DNA of 64,000 bases from a virus, in IMG/VR virus record IMGVR_UViG_3300023179_000019. The stretch is one strand, 5' to 3'. This document shows, piece after piece, positions 48,333 to 57,518 of this stretch. The position numbers and the translations under genes were made by a program. Positions within the stretch are counted from its first letter, which is position 1; the number at the start of each line of letters is the position of its first letter. The notes below the pieces were generated by a model. That model did no database searches and had not been told where the DNA came from. It saw only the letters and a list, made by a program, of their open reading frames with translations.

Positions 48333-49172
48333 ATGAGCAATGATAATTATATTAAACATTATGTTGAAATTTTAACTAATACGATGACGGATGCTGTAAT
48401 TAGAAATGTTTCTTTACAGGCAAACGCAAGAATTAGTGATGAAGTTATTGCTGGATTGAATAAAAAAGTTGAGGAATCATTTGCTCAGATTGGAAAGTAT
48501 GAGGAAAAGTCAAGCGGTGAAATTATTAATTTAAAATCATCGCTTGACAACCACCTCAATACGATTACAAGATTAAATAATGAAATTCAAGAACAGAAAC
48601 GTAAGTATGATAATGAAATTCAAGAACAGAAACGTAAGTATGATAATGAAATTCAAGAACAGAAACGTAAGTATGATAATGAAATTCAAGAATGTAAATC
48701 ACAGTATGACAATAAGATTACCAATTTAAATAAATTAGTTGAAGATCAAGCAAATACTATTTCTTCATTAGAGGAAACAATTTCTAATTTCGATATATCT
48801 AAAGAAGAAATTGAAAATTTAAATTCTTATAAAGAAGAATTGAATAAATTAAAAGAAGAAAACAGTAAATTCAATGAATCATATGAATCCAAAATTACTG
48901 AAGCAAGTAGTGGATATGATTCTAAAATTGCAGAAATGCAAAGTGAATATGAGTCTAAAGTTGCAGAAGTTAATAATCAATATGAGTCCAAAATTAAAGA
49001 ATTGACAGAAGCAAATAGTGTATATGAGTCTAAAGTTGCAGAACTTAACCGTGAATATACCAATTTGAAAATGCAAGTACAAACTGTATTGAATAGAACT
49101 CGAACGGATTATGAATCTAGGATTTCACAATTGAATGAAAAAATCAAATCGTTAGAATCTTCCTCTCTTTGA
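48333..49172 (+). CDS. coiled-coil protein with 11-aa repeats
   Basis: NEIQEQKRKYD x3; YESK repeats. Confidence 0.75.
   Translation: MSNDNYIKHYVEILTNTMTDAVIRNVSLQANARISDEVIAGLNKKVEESFAQIGKYEEKSSGEIINLKSSLDNHLNTITRLNNEIQEQKRKYDNEIQEQKRKYDNEIQEQKRKYDNEIQECKSQYDNKITNLNKLVEDQANTISSLEETISNFDISKEEIENLNSYKEELNKLKEENSKFNESYESKITEASSGYDSKIAEMQSEYESKVAEVNNQYESKIKELTEANSVYESKVAELNREYTNLKMQVQTVLNRTRTDYESRISQLNEKIKSLESSSL
48577..48692. repeat. perfect 33-bp tandem repeat x3.5
   Basis: ATAATGAAATTCAAGAACAGAAACGTAAGTATG. Confidence 0.95.
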
Positions 49173-49239
49173 TAAAATTGACGAATAGTGTTCCGAATAA
49201 AGATGGTGTAAAAACTTAACTTAAATCTTTAGAAAAAAA

Positions 49240-50121
49240 ATGTCAACACCTATATCAAACACCACAATACAACTTAAAAAATCCGGCGTATCGGGTAATA
49301 CACCAACATCATTAAATTTTGGAGAGTTGGCGTTAAACTACGCCGATGGAAAGTTATATTATAAAGATGATACTGGTACCATCCGTTACATTAAAAATTC
49401 AAATTCTTTTGCTACAGTAAACGCAAATGCCTCTTTGGTATTAGCTGAGTCAAATAGCGATACTTTGACTTTAACTGCAGCAAACGGTATTGGTATCACA
49501 GCCAACACCATAACAAAAACGATTACAATTGATGATCGTGTCACACAAGACTTAGTTAATGATGTAAATGATTATGCACATTCTGCTTATTATAAAGCAA
49601 ATACTGCGGCTTTACAAATTACTCCTGTTGGTGAAACTGATGATAATGCAAACAATGTTTTTTATGTTGTTTTTAATGATACCAATAGTGGTCCTGCAAA
49701 CACATTGTTCGCAACAGCTAATAATGCTTCAAACAACACTTTAACATTTGTACCTTCTGCTGGAAAAATGGGCGTGAAGTCTATTGGTTTGGCTTCAAAT
49801 ACAATCATTTCTTCAAATAGTGTATTTGTTGCAAATTCTAATTCTATAATAATTGATTCTTTTTCTACAACAGAATACAAAGGTGCTTTCTATCAAGTGC
49901 AAATGTCTAGTCCAGATTATTTTCACTCATTGAATCTTACCGTGATACATGATGGACTTTTCCCAACCATAACAACTTTTGGTGAAGTTTATACAGGTAG
50001 TTTAGGATCATTTTCCGCAGATATATTTGGATCAAATCTAAATGTAATTTTTACTCCTAGAGGAAATTTACCTACAGCGAATCTTGCTACAATTGTATTC
50101 ATCAAAAATGCGATTAGGTAA
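49240..50121 (+). CDS. fibre-like virion protein (paralog A)
   Basis: IQLKKSG..P..L.FGELALNYADGKLYYK. Confidence 0.75.
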   Translation: MSTPISNTTIQLKKSGVSGNTPTSLNFGELALNYADGKLYYKDDTGTIRYIKNSNSFATVNANASLVLAESNSDTLTLTAANGIGITANTITKTITIDDRVTQDLVNDVNDYAHSAYYKANTAALQITPVGETDDNANNVFYVVFNDTNSGPANTLFATANNASNNTLTFVPSAGKMGVKSIGLASNTIISSNSVFVANSNSIIIDSFSTTEYKGAFYQVQMSSPDYFHSLNLTVIHDGLFPTITTFGEVYTGSLGSFSADIFGSNLNVIFTPRGNLPTANLATIVFIKNAIR

Positions 50122-50126
50122 GAAAA

Positions 50127-51104
50127 ATGTCTACCGCAAACACCATACTACAACTTAAAAAATCCGGCACCTCAGGAAACACTCCATCAAATTTGAGTTT
50201 TGGTGAGGTGGCGTTAAATTACGCCGATGGAAAGTTATATTATAAAGATGATGCTGGTGATACAAGCTTTATTAAAAATTCGAATTCTTTTTCTACTATT
50301 GTTGCCAACTCTTATTCTTTAGTTGCAGGCACAAATACTGATGTATTGAATTTAGAATCTGCAAATGGTTCTTATGGTATCGACATAACTGCTAATATAC
50401 AATCAAAAACTATTACGATTGCTGATTCTGATACACAAACGTTAATTGGTGAAGTGAACGACTATGTTGGTTCTGCTTACAATAAAGCAAACAACTTAGC
50501 TGTACATATCGACTCAATTGGAGAAGTTTCTAATACTTATTATATTAGTTTTGCGGCTGATAATAACAATTCGTCAAATATTTTATATACTACCGCAAAC
50601 AGCACTCTGACTTTTAAACCTTCTGAAGGAAGATTAGGTTTAAACTCTGTTGATTTGGCATCAAATACAAATATAGTTGCTAAAACTGTAGTTGTACCAA
50701 ACATTAATCCAATCGTAGTAGATTCATTCTCAATTAATGAATTTAGAAGTGCTTTTTATCAAATACAAATATCAAGCCCAACCTCTTTTCATTATCATTC
50801 ATTAAATTTTAACGTTGTACATGATGGATATTTTCCAATCACATCAACCTTTGGTGAAGTGTATACGGGTAGTTTAGGTTCATTCTATGCAAGTATATTT
50901 GGATCAACATTAGAAGTAACTTTTTATCCTAGTGTGGGTGCTTCAACTGTTGTTTTTACTAGATATGCAGTTGATACAAGTCCTATACAAGGAACTCCAG
51001 AATATTCTATGGGCTCAGTTGGTGATCCTTACACATCAAGATACAATTCGGGATATGTTACAGAATTGTCAACATTGATTTTGGATTATGGCACAGTAAA
51101 TTAA
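50127..51104 (+). CDS. fibre-like virion protein (paralog B)
   Basis: Collinear with 49240 gene along its length, plus C-terminal extension ending LDYG. Confidence 0.75.
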   Translation: MSTANTILQLKKSGTSGNTPSNLSFGEVALNYADGKLYYKDDAGDTSFIKNSNSFSTIVANSYSLVAGTNTDVLNLESANGSYGIDITANIQSKTITIADSDTQTLIGEVNDYVGSAYNKANNLAVHIDSIGEVSNTYYISFAADNNNSSNILYTTANSTLTFKPSEGRLGLNSVDLASNTNIVAKTVVVPNINPIVVDSFSINEFRSAFYQIQISSPTSFHYHSLNFNVVHDGYFPITSTFGEVYTGSLGSFYASIFGSTLEVTFYPSVGASTVVFTRYAVDTSPIQGTPEYSMGSVGDPYTSRYNSGYVTELSTLILDYGTVN

Positions 51105-51138
51105 CAAGAATAAATAAATCAAACTTTAGGGATAAACC

Positions 51139-53415
51139 ATGGCTACACAACTACAATTAAGACGAGGTAATACGGAAGAAACTTTAGCGTTTACCGGCGC
51201 CATTGCTGAAGTTACCGTAGATACGACACAAAACACATTAACTGTACATGATGGTGTAACACCCGGCGGTAATTATTTGATCAACAAAGGTCAATTTGAA
51301 GCAAACGTTACAAATTTGCAAACTTTCGCACAAGCAGCTTACAACGCAGCGAATAGTGCTGGTGGTGATACTGCTTCCGCAAATACTATTATAATTCAAG
51401 GTGTTGATCTTACCCAAAACACCAACATTGCCGCAGTCAACACATATGCTGGTTCAGCTTATGCTGCTGCTAATCTAGCATTAGGTATTGATGCAACACA
51501 GAATACCAATATTACAGCAGTCAACACATATGCTGGAAGTGCTTATGCTGCTGGTAATACTAATGCAACTAATATTACTGCTGTAAATACGTATGCTGGT
51601 TCTGCTTATGCTGCTGGTAACACCAATGCGACAAACATTACTGCTGTAAATACATATGCTGGAAGTGCTTATGCTGCTGGTAACACCAATGCGACCAATA
51701 TTACTGCTGTAAATACGTATGCTGGAAGTGCTTATGCTGCAGCTAATTTGGCATTAGGTATTGATGCAACACAGAACACCAATATTACTGCTGTAAATAC
51801 GTATGCTGCTGGTGCTTATGCTGCTGGTAATACTAATGCAACAAACATTACCGCAGTTAATACATATGCTGGTTCAGCTTATGCTGCTGGTAACACCAAT
51901 GCGACCAATATTACTGCTGTAAATACGTATGCTGCTGGTGCTTATGCTGCTGGTAATACTAATGCAACAAACATTACCGCAGTTAATACATATGCTGCTG
52001 GTGCATATGGTACCGCTAATGCTGTAAATACATATGCTGGTTCAGCTTATGCTGCTGCTAATCTAGCATTAGGTATTGATGCAACACAGAATACCAATAT
52101 TACTGCTGTAAATACATATGCTGGTTCTGCATTTAACAAAGCAAACAATGCACTTCCTTTAACTGGTGGTTCAATATCAGGCAGTATATCGATATCACAA
52201 GATTTATCTGTTACTGGTAACTTAATTATTCTTGGAAATACAACCACACTCAACACATCATCATTTATTGTTTCAGACTCATTGATTCTTTTAGGTAACG
52301 GTAATTACACATCTGATATATTAGATATTGGTTTTGTTGGTCACTACAATGACGGTACTAATGCTCACGCTGGTCTTATCCGTGATGCTGGTAATAAAGA
52401 TTGGTATTTGTTTAAAGGTTATACACCAGAAATTGATGCAAATAATAATGTTGATATCAACCACGCATCATTTAGAAAAGCAAACTTGCAATCAGACTAT
52501 GTTAAATCAAATCTAATTGCAACAACAGCTGTAGTAAATGGATTAGATATTTTCAATTACGTTACTTCTGCTTATGCTGCTGGTAATACTAATGCAACTA
52601 ATATTACTGCTGTAAATACATATGCTGGAAGTGCTTATGGTGTTGCTAATCTAGCATTAGGTATTGATGCAACACAGAATACCAACATCACCACAGCTAA
52701 TAATGCGGCGTGGGCGGCTTATGCTGCTGGTAATACTAATGCGACCAATATTACTGCTGTAAATACCTACGCTGCTTCAGCTTATGCTGCTGCTAATCTA
52801 GCATTAGGTATTGATGCAACACAGAATACCAATATTACAACCGCAAATAATGCGGCGTGGGCGGCTTATGCTGCTGGTAATACTAATGCGACCAATATTA
52901 CTGCTGTAAATACATATGCTGCTGGTGCTTATGCTGCTGGTAATACTAATGCGACCAATATTACTGCTGTAAATACATATGCTGCTGGTGCTTATGCTGC
53001 TGGTAATACTAATGCAACTAATATTACTGCTGTAAATACATATGCTGGAAGTGCTTATGGTGTTGCTAATACTGCTACAAACACTTTAGGTTACACATAT
53101 GTAGCTGCTGGTTCTTACGGTACTGCTACTGCTGTACCTGCACTTACTTTAGCTGCAAACGGTAGGGTTGTTGGTGTAACAAGCACAAACATTCAGTCTG
53201 GTTCAACAACTCAGAGCGGTTTATTACAGTTAATCGATTCTGTTACTTCTACTAGCACAACAACTGCTGGCACACCAAACTCAATTAAGATTGCATACGA
53301 CAGAGCTCAAGCGGCTTTCACAGTTGCAAATTCTGCATCTGCTAATTCTTCATCAAGTTCTGGTGCAAGCTTGGCCCAAGTGATGTTCTGGAGCGGTTTT
53401 GTGTCCGGTTCTTAA
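51139..53415 (+). CDS. long tail fibre with Mtd_N-like N-terminus and repeat stalk
   Basis: QLRRG..FTGA.AEVTVDT..VHDG.T.GG; many NATNITAVNTYAGSAYAAG repeats. Confidence 0.8.
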   Translation: MATQLQLRRGNTEETLAFTGAIAEVTVDTTQNTLTVHDGVTPGGNYLINKGQFEANVTNLQTFAQAAYNAANSAGGDTASANTIIIQGVDLTQNTNIAAVNTYAGSAYAAANLALGIDATQNTNITAVNTYAGSAYAAGNTNATNITAVNTYAGSAYAAGNTNATNITAVNTYAGSAYAAGNTNATNITAVNTYAGSAYAAANLALGIDATQNTNITAVNTYAAGAYAAGNTNATNITAVNTYAGSAYAAGNTNATNITAVNTYAAGAYAAGNTNATNITAVNTYAAGAYGTANAVNTYAGSAYAAANLALGIDATQNTNITAVNTYAGSAFNKANNALPLTGGSISGSISISQDLSVTGNLIILGNTTTLNTSSFIVSDSLILLGNGNYTSDILDIGFVGHYNDGTNAHAGLIRDAGNKDWYLFKGYTPEIDANNNVDINHASFRKANLQSDYVKSNLIATTAVVNGLDIFNYVTSAYAAGNTNATNITAVNTYAGSAYGVANLALGIDATQNTNITTANNAAWAAYAAGNTNATNITAVNTYAASAYAAANLALGIDATQNTNITTANNAAWAAYAAGNTNATNITAVNTYAAGAYAAGNTNATNITAVNTYAAGAYAAGNTNATNITAVNTYAGSAYGVANTATNTLGYTYVAAGSYGTATAVPALTLAANGRVVGVTSTNIQSGSTTQSGLLQLIDSVTSTSTTTAGTPNSIKIAYDRAQAAFTVANSASANSSSSSGASLAQVMFWSGFVSGS
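51415..53070. repeat. 63/84-bp coding repeats in two arrays
   Basis: 21-aa and 28-aa units in arrays at about 51415-52135 and 52565-53070. Confidence 0.85.
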
Positions 53416-53426
53416 TATAAAAAATA

Positions 53427-53434
53427 TATAAATA
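53427..53434 (+). promoter_or_regulatory. T4-type late promoter
   Basis: TATAAATA upstream of the fibre-tip cassette. Confidence 0.75.
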
Positions 53435-53470
53435 TTACTAGACGAGTTCAAATTAACAAGGAGAGCGAAG

Positions 53471-53674
53471 ATGTCTATCAAAATTCAAGGAACAGATGTT
53501 ATTGACGATAGTAAAAATGTCGTCAATATTGTCAACGTAACTGCTTCTACAAACGTGGAAGCAGGTTCTTATGTCACAGCAGCATATTTCAAAGGTGACG
53601 GAAGTCAACTTACAAATGCTGGTGCTTCGATAGACAAAGCCTTCTTTTTAAGCAATCTTTTATCTGGCGGTTAA
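53471..53674 (+). CDS. mini fibre protein
   Basis: AGGAG SD; FKGDGSQLT fibre motif. Confidence 0.7.
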   Translation: MSIKIQGTDVIDDSKNVVNIVNVTASTNVEAGSYVTAAYFKGDGSQLTNAGASIDKAFFLSNLLSGG

Positions 53675-53706
53675 CTTTCTCAAAAAATCCCTATTAGGAG
53701 CAATAA

Positions 53707-54045
53707 ATGGCAACAGGTCTTATTCAACAAAACAACATAACCAGTACAACTTTAACAGCAATTTATAGTGGCGTTCCTGCTACTAAAACTGCTACCGTTA
53801 ACATTTTAATTTGTAATGCAGCTAATAATGCTGCAACAATTACTTTAGGTTTAACTACTGGTACAGTTTCATCTTTAACTGCAAATAGCTATATTGAGTA
53901 CAAAGCAATTTTAGCTCCATTCGAAGTTATGGAAAGAGGCGGTATTGTATTGGCTGCGGGTCAATATGTCTATCTACAAGCAGACAGCAACCCAACAGGC
54001 AGTTCAATTAACTTAGGTACAACAATTACCGGTTACGAGGTATAA
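53707..54045 (+). CDS. small beta-sandwich fibre-tip adaptor (putative)
   Basis: ICN..I.L..YIEY..ER.GIVL.AG; AGGAG SD. Confidence 0.65.
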   Translation: MATGLIQQNNITSTTLTAIYSGVPATKTATVNILICNAANNAATITLGLTTGTVSSLTANSYIEYKAILAPFEVMERGGIVLAAGQYVYLQADSNPTGSSINLGTTITGYEV

Positions 54046-54048
54046 ACT

Positions 54049-55233
54049 ATGTCAAGATATTTAAAAGATTCTTCAGCGCAAAGCTTTAGATTTAAAAAGT
54101 TTTTTACGGAAGCTGGAACTTACAGCATTCAAATTCCGGCCGGTGCAAGAGCGGTAAAAACCATTGTTTTTGGTGGTGGTGGAAATTCTTGTACAACTAC
54201 AATCACCAACTGTAGAGCTCAAACACAACAATGTTGTTGCTGTTGCTGGGTCAGAGGTCACTTCTCTGGTGCAGGTGGCGGCTACACAGAAAAATTATGG
54301 TTAGGTGTAGGCGGCCAAAAGGCTTGTGTGGTTGTTGGTGGTGCAGAAGGAACATCTTCTGTTTGTTTCTGTGGTTATGGATCAATTTCTGCTACGGGCG
54401 GTACAGGTTCAGGAACATCTACAAGAACCATGACAGGTGGATGTGGTACTGGTGGTGATGTCAACGCTTGCGGTAGTCCAGGTTTTTGTCGTTGTACATG
54501 GGGTAACTGTAGATTTGATTGTTGTTATTATGAATGTGTAAGCCCCTCGACAAGCGCCTGTTGGTGTACAGCCATGTGCTCACGTTGTTATTGTGAATTA
54601 ATGGGCGTTCATTTACCTGGTGGAACTCCAGGTAATGCATTATGCAACAGAGTTAACCTATCAGACGATACAACCAACGTTCCTCGTTGTTGCTGTGGTG
54701 GTTTCGGTGGTTATTACTATCAAACGGGCGGTGATAGTCCAGGTTGCGGAAGTTGCGTACAAACACGAAGCAGTTGTGATTTTGACACAACATTTTCATC
54801 AGCATACACTACTGTTCCTGGATACTGCTGGGGATTTCCTTCTTGGTATTGCACTGGTGTCTGGCAAGGCGGCACATTCAGTTGTATAGATCCAGGTTAC
54901 GATTTCGTTTGGGATCCAATCGGAAATTGTTGCTGTACATGTAGTAGAGCTACTGTTACTGCGGCAACTTATTGTACCTTATCTTCTGGTACCGCTTGTA
55001 CTCCTTTTAGTAATACTAATAGTGGCCAGTATTATTGTAACTTCCAGTGTTATTGTTTTGTAAACAGAAACAACGAATCTATAACATCTACTGCTCTTGG
55101 TGCTCCCGGTTATGGTTGCGCTTCTGGTGCTATGGGTGGCGGCGGTGCAGGTATTTGGAACGGCGATCCGACCAGATGTTTGACAGATTACTCCAGATCC
55201 GGCGGTATCGGTCTTGTTGTAATTCACTACTAA
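54049..55233 (+). CDS. Cys-rich glycine-rich-domain adhesin-like protein
   Basis: FT..GT..IP.G..V.GGGG, GAGGGY, GG.GLVVI.Y frame; about 44 Cys by hand count. Confidence 0.7.
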   Translation: MSRYLKDSSAQSFRFKKFFTEAGTYSIQIPAGARAVKTIVFGGGGNSCTTTITNCRAQTQQCCCCCWVRGHFSGAGGGYTEKLWLGVGGQKACVVVGGAEGTSSVCFCGYGSISATGGTGSGTSTRTMTGGCGTGGDVNACGSPGFCRCTWGNCRFDCCYYECVSPSTSACWCTAMCSRCYCELMGVHLPGGTPGNALCNRVNLSDDTTNVPRCCCGGFGGYYYQTGGDSPGCGSCVQTRSSCDFDTTFSSAYTTVPGYCWGFPSWYCTGVWQGGTFSCIDPGYDFVWDPIGNCCCTCSRATVTAATYCTLSSGTACTPFSNTNSGQYYCNFQCYCFVNRNNESITSTALGAPGYGCASGAMGGGGAGIWNGDPTRCLTDYSRSGGIGLVVIHY

Positions 55234-55253
55234 TAGTTAATAGGACTTAAAAA

Positions 55254-55733
55254 ATGAAAAAATTTAGACTTATTCCTTATCACCACGAAGAAAATCATTT
55301 CGAAATAGTTGAAGAACTAATTTTTGAACATGAGTATGCTTTTGAAAGTACTGATCCAACATCAGTATTAACAACTTCTCAAGATTTTGGTCTTAACGAT
55401 GTTGTTGACGGTTCTGGAAATTTGGTTCAAAAGGCTGTAAAGCCTGAACCAACTCCAGAAGATTTTGTTGCAACAGAAACTCCTTCATCAGAGCCTATTG
55501 ACTCAATGTATACTCATGATTATATTCAAGCAGAATTAGCAAAATGCGCTTGGACTTTAGAAAAATTTCCACCAAAAGTAGAGCAATTGAAAAACAATCA
55601 AGAACCTACTTTTATGCCTGATGAAATTAAATCATTGAGCAAAGAGGAAAAAATTGCTTGGTATGAAGAAAAAATAAAAGATGCTCAAGTTCTAGTAACT
55701 TTATTGAATGAAAAACTTGAAAAATTAAATTAA
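55254..55733 (+). CDS. acidic hypothetical protein (possible fibre chaperone)
   Basis: Directly follows adhesin; helical C-terminus. Confidence 0.6.
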   Translation: MKKFRLIPYHHEENHFEIVEELIFEHEYAFESTDPTSVLTTSQDFGLNDVVDGSGNLVQKAVKPEPTPEDFVATETPSSEPIDSMYTHDYIQAELAKCAWTLEKFPPKVEQLKNNQEPTFMPDEIKSLSKEEKIAWYEEKIKDAQVLVTLLNEKLEKLN

Positions 55734-55757
55734 TTTAAAATGTTAGTTGAGGAAATT

Positions 55758-56510
55758 ATGGAAAAATCTGAAATTATATTGACTGAAGATATTAAACATC
55801 ATTTGTTTATAACGTCAACTGAGATTATAGGAGCGAATCGCCTTAATTCTTGTTTTCAGAAATGTAAAAACGTTTCTGTTTTGGAGAAAGACGAAGAACT
55901 CCTATTTTCTCCTCATATGCATACGCCTCCTGTTTTTGAGAATCCAAATTTCTTTATTAAAGAAAGAGAATTACTCGAATCTGGAGATAACACATCATGG
56001 GGAAACAATTCACTTCAATTAGAATTGAATTGGCAAAAAGTAAATAGCGAAGCAAAATTGCGGGTTGGAAAATCAATCTATAACTTTTTAAGACCGCATA
56101 TTTTGCTTGATTATTTTACAAATGCAGGATTCTTAATTGTTGTAAAAAATCCTTACGCTCTAATTCAAGACTTATTGGATCTTTGTCCAGAACTTTCAGA
56201 AGATTTAGACGAACTCGCCGATCATGTTTTACATGGATTAATTATTCAAAGAAAGAATAATTACTTAGTAGGTAACAATTTATCAATTACCTATGAGGAT
56301 ATGGTTACCAGACCTAAGTGGGTAGAAGAAAAAATCAAAGATAAGTATGAGATAGAAGATTTTGAATTTGATTTCGAAGAAACCACATCTAACGAAGATC
56401 AGATTGCAAAATTTACAGACTTTCAAATTGATGTGATTAATGACGTTTTCATTAAAGCTTTAGACACTTTAGAATATTGGGGTTATAAACTCGTAAAGAG
56501 AGAAGATTAG
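55758..56510 (+). CDS. degenerate sulfotransferase-fold protein
   Basis: GKS.YN.LR..L..YF.NA.F..VVKNPYA, ITYEDMV..P, WGY; no RSGT-type PAPS loop. Confidence 0.55.
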   Translation: MEKSEIILTEDIKHHLFITSTEIIGANRLNSCFQKCKNVSVLEKDEELLFSPHMHTPPVFENPNFFIKERELLESGDNTSWGNNSLQLELNWQKVNSEAKLRVGKSIYNFLRPHILLDYFTNAGFLIVVKNPYALIQDLLDLCPELSEDLDELADHVLHGLIIQRKNNYLVGNNLSITYEDMVTRPKWVEEKIKDKYEIEDFEFDFEETTSNEDQIAKFTDFQIDVINDVFIKALDTLEYWGYKLVKRED

Positions 56511-56530
56511 GCAATTTTGTTATAAGTTGA

Positions 56531-56559
56531 TTGACAAAATTATGTTTTTATTGTAAAAT
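56531..56559 (+). promoter_or_regulatory. sigma70-type promoter overlapped by an inverted repeat
   Basis: TTGACA-17-TAAAAT; AATTTTGT...ACAAAATT (56513-56541). Confidence 0.6.
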
Positions 56560-56585
56560 TGAATATTTAATTCTGAGGAAATATT

Positions 56586-57518
56586 ATGTCTTATACTGTT
56601 TTTAGTATTGATGGTGGTGCAGGTCGAGCAATTGCTGCTATTCCTGCACTTATAAAATACCACTACAAAAACCATAATGATGATTTTAAGATTCTTGTGC
56701 ATGGATGGGATACACTATACTGGGGTATTCCTGAATTGCAAGACAGGACTTTTAATCCCGATAACAAAGGCACGTTCGAGAATATCGTTCTCAACTGTAA
56801 CCGTGTCGTAACTCCAGAACCCTACAAACTCCCTTCCTACTTTAAACAAAAGAAGTCTCTAGGTGAGGCTTTCGATGAGATCATTAATGAAACAGATGAT
56901 CATTCCGATTTGGATAAACCAACTATGGTTACAACCAAAATGGAAGAAAAGATGGCATCTAACATCATCTCCGAGGTTAAAAACAAACAGAAAAAAGAAC
57001 TCACAGTTGTTATTCAACCATATGGCCGTGGTGCCAAGGTTGATAATGGCCATGTGATTGATGAAGCTTCACGTTCTTTAGATCCAGATGCGTATCTGTT
57101 GTTAGCTAAAAAATTAGCTACGAAGTATAACCTTATTTATTTTGGAGAAAGACAGTTCGCCATAGAACAAGATACATATACACATAAGATGGAAATGGAC
57201 TTGAGAGGTTGGGCATCGGTTATTCAGTCATCAGATTATTTTGTTGGTTGTGATTCGGTTGGACAATACATGGCAAGATGTTTTAATAAACCGGGAACCG
57301 TAATTTTTGGTTCTACATTCCCAATCAATACATCTTTTCCTGATCATTTTCAAATTATTGAAAAACCAGGAATCAAAAAATATTCACCTATTCGTCTAGT
57401 TGGCCTTGATTGCCATCTTGCGGATAGAATGAATGATACTCTGATGGATTTTACAGATGATGAAATTCATGATATCTTTTTGAAAATTGTTAAAGACATT
57501 GAAAACAAGGTGAAATAA
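56586..57518 (+). CDS. GT9-like (heptosyltransferase-like) glycosyltransferase
   Basis: DGGAGR.I..IPA, VIQPYG, FVGCDSVGQY.A..KP..VIFGST. Confidence 0.75.
   Translation: MSYTVFSIDGGAGRAIAAIPALIKYHYKNHNDDFKILVHGWDTLYWGIPELQDRTFNPDNKGTFENIVLNCNRVVTPEPYKLPSYFKQKKSLGEAFDEIINETDDHSDLDKPTMVTTKMEEKMASNIISEVKNKQKKELTVVIQPYGRGAKVDNGHVIDEASRSLDPDAYLLLAKKLATKYNLIYFGERQFAIEQDTYTHKMEMDLRGWASVIQSSDYFVGCDSVGQYMARCFNKPGTVIFGSTFPINTSFPDHFQIIEKPGIKKYSPIRLVGLDCHLADRMNDTLMDFTDDEIHDIFLKIVKDIENKVK

Noticed and set aside
48577-48692. CRISPR array
   Set aside because: 33-bp repeats are head to tail with no spacers and lie in frame in a CDS.
49167-49220. prfB-like CTT TGA +1 frameshift at the end of the coiled-coil gene
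   Set aside because: No upstream internal SD, and the +1 frame stops after a few codons.
43103-55233. Diversity-generating retroelement
   Set aside because: Mtd_N-like domains are present, but there is no reverse transcriptase and no adenine-specific TR/VR pair was seen.
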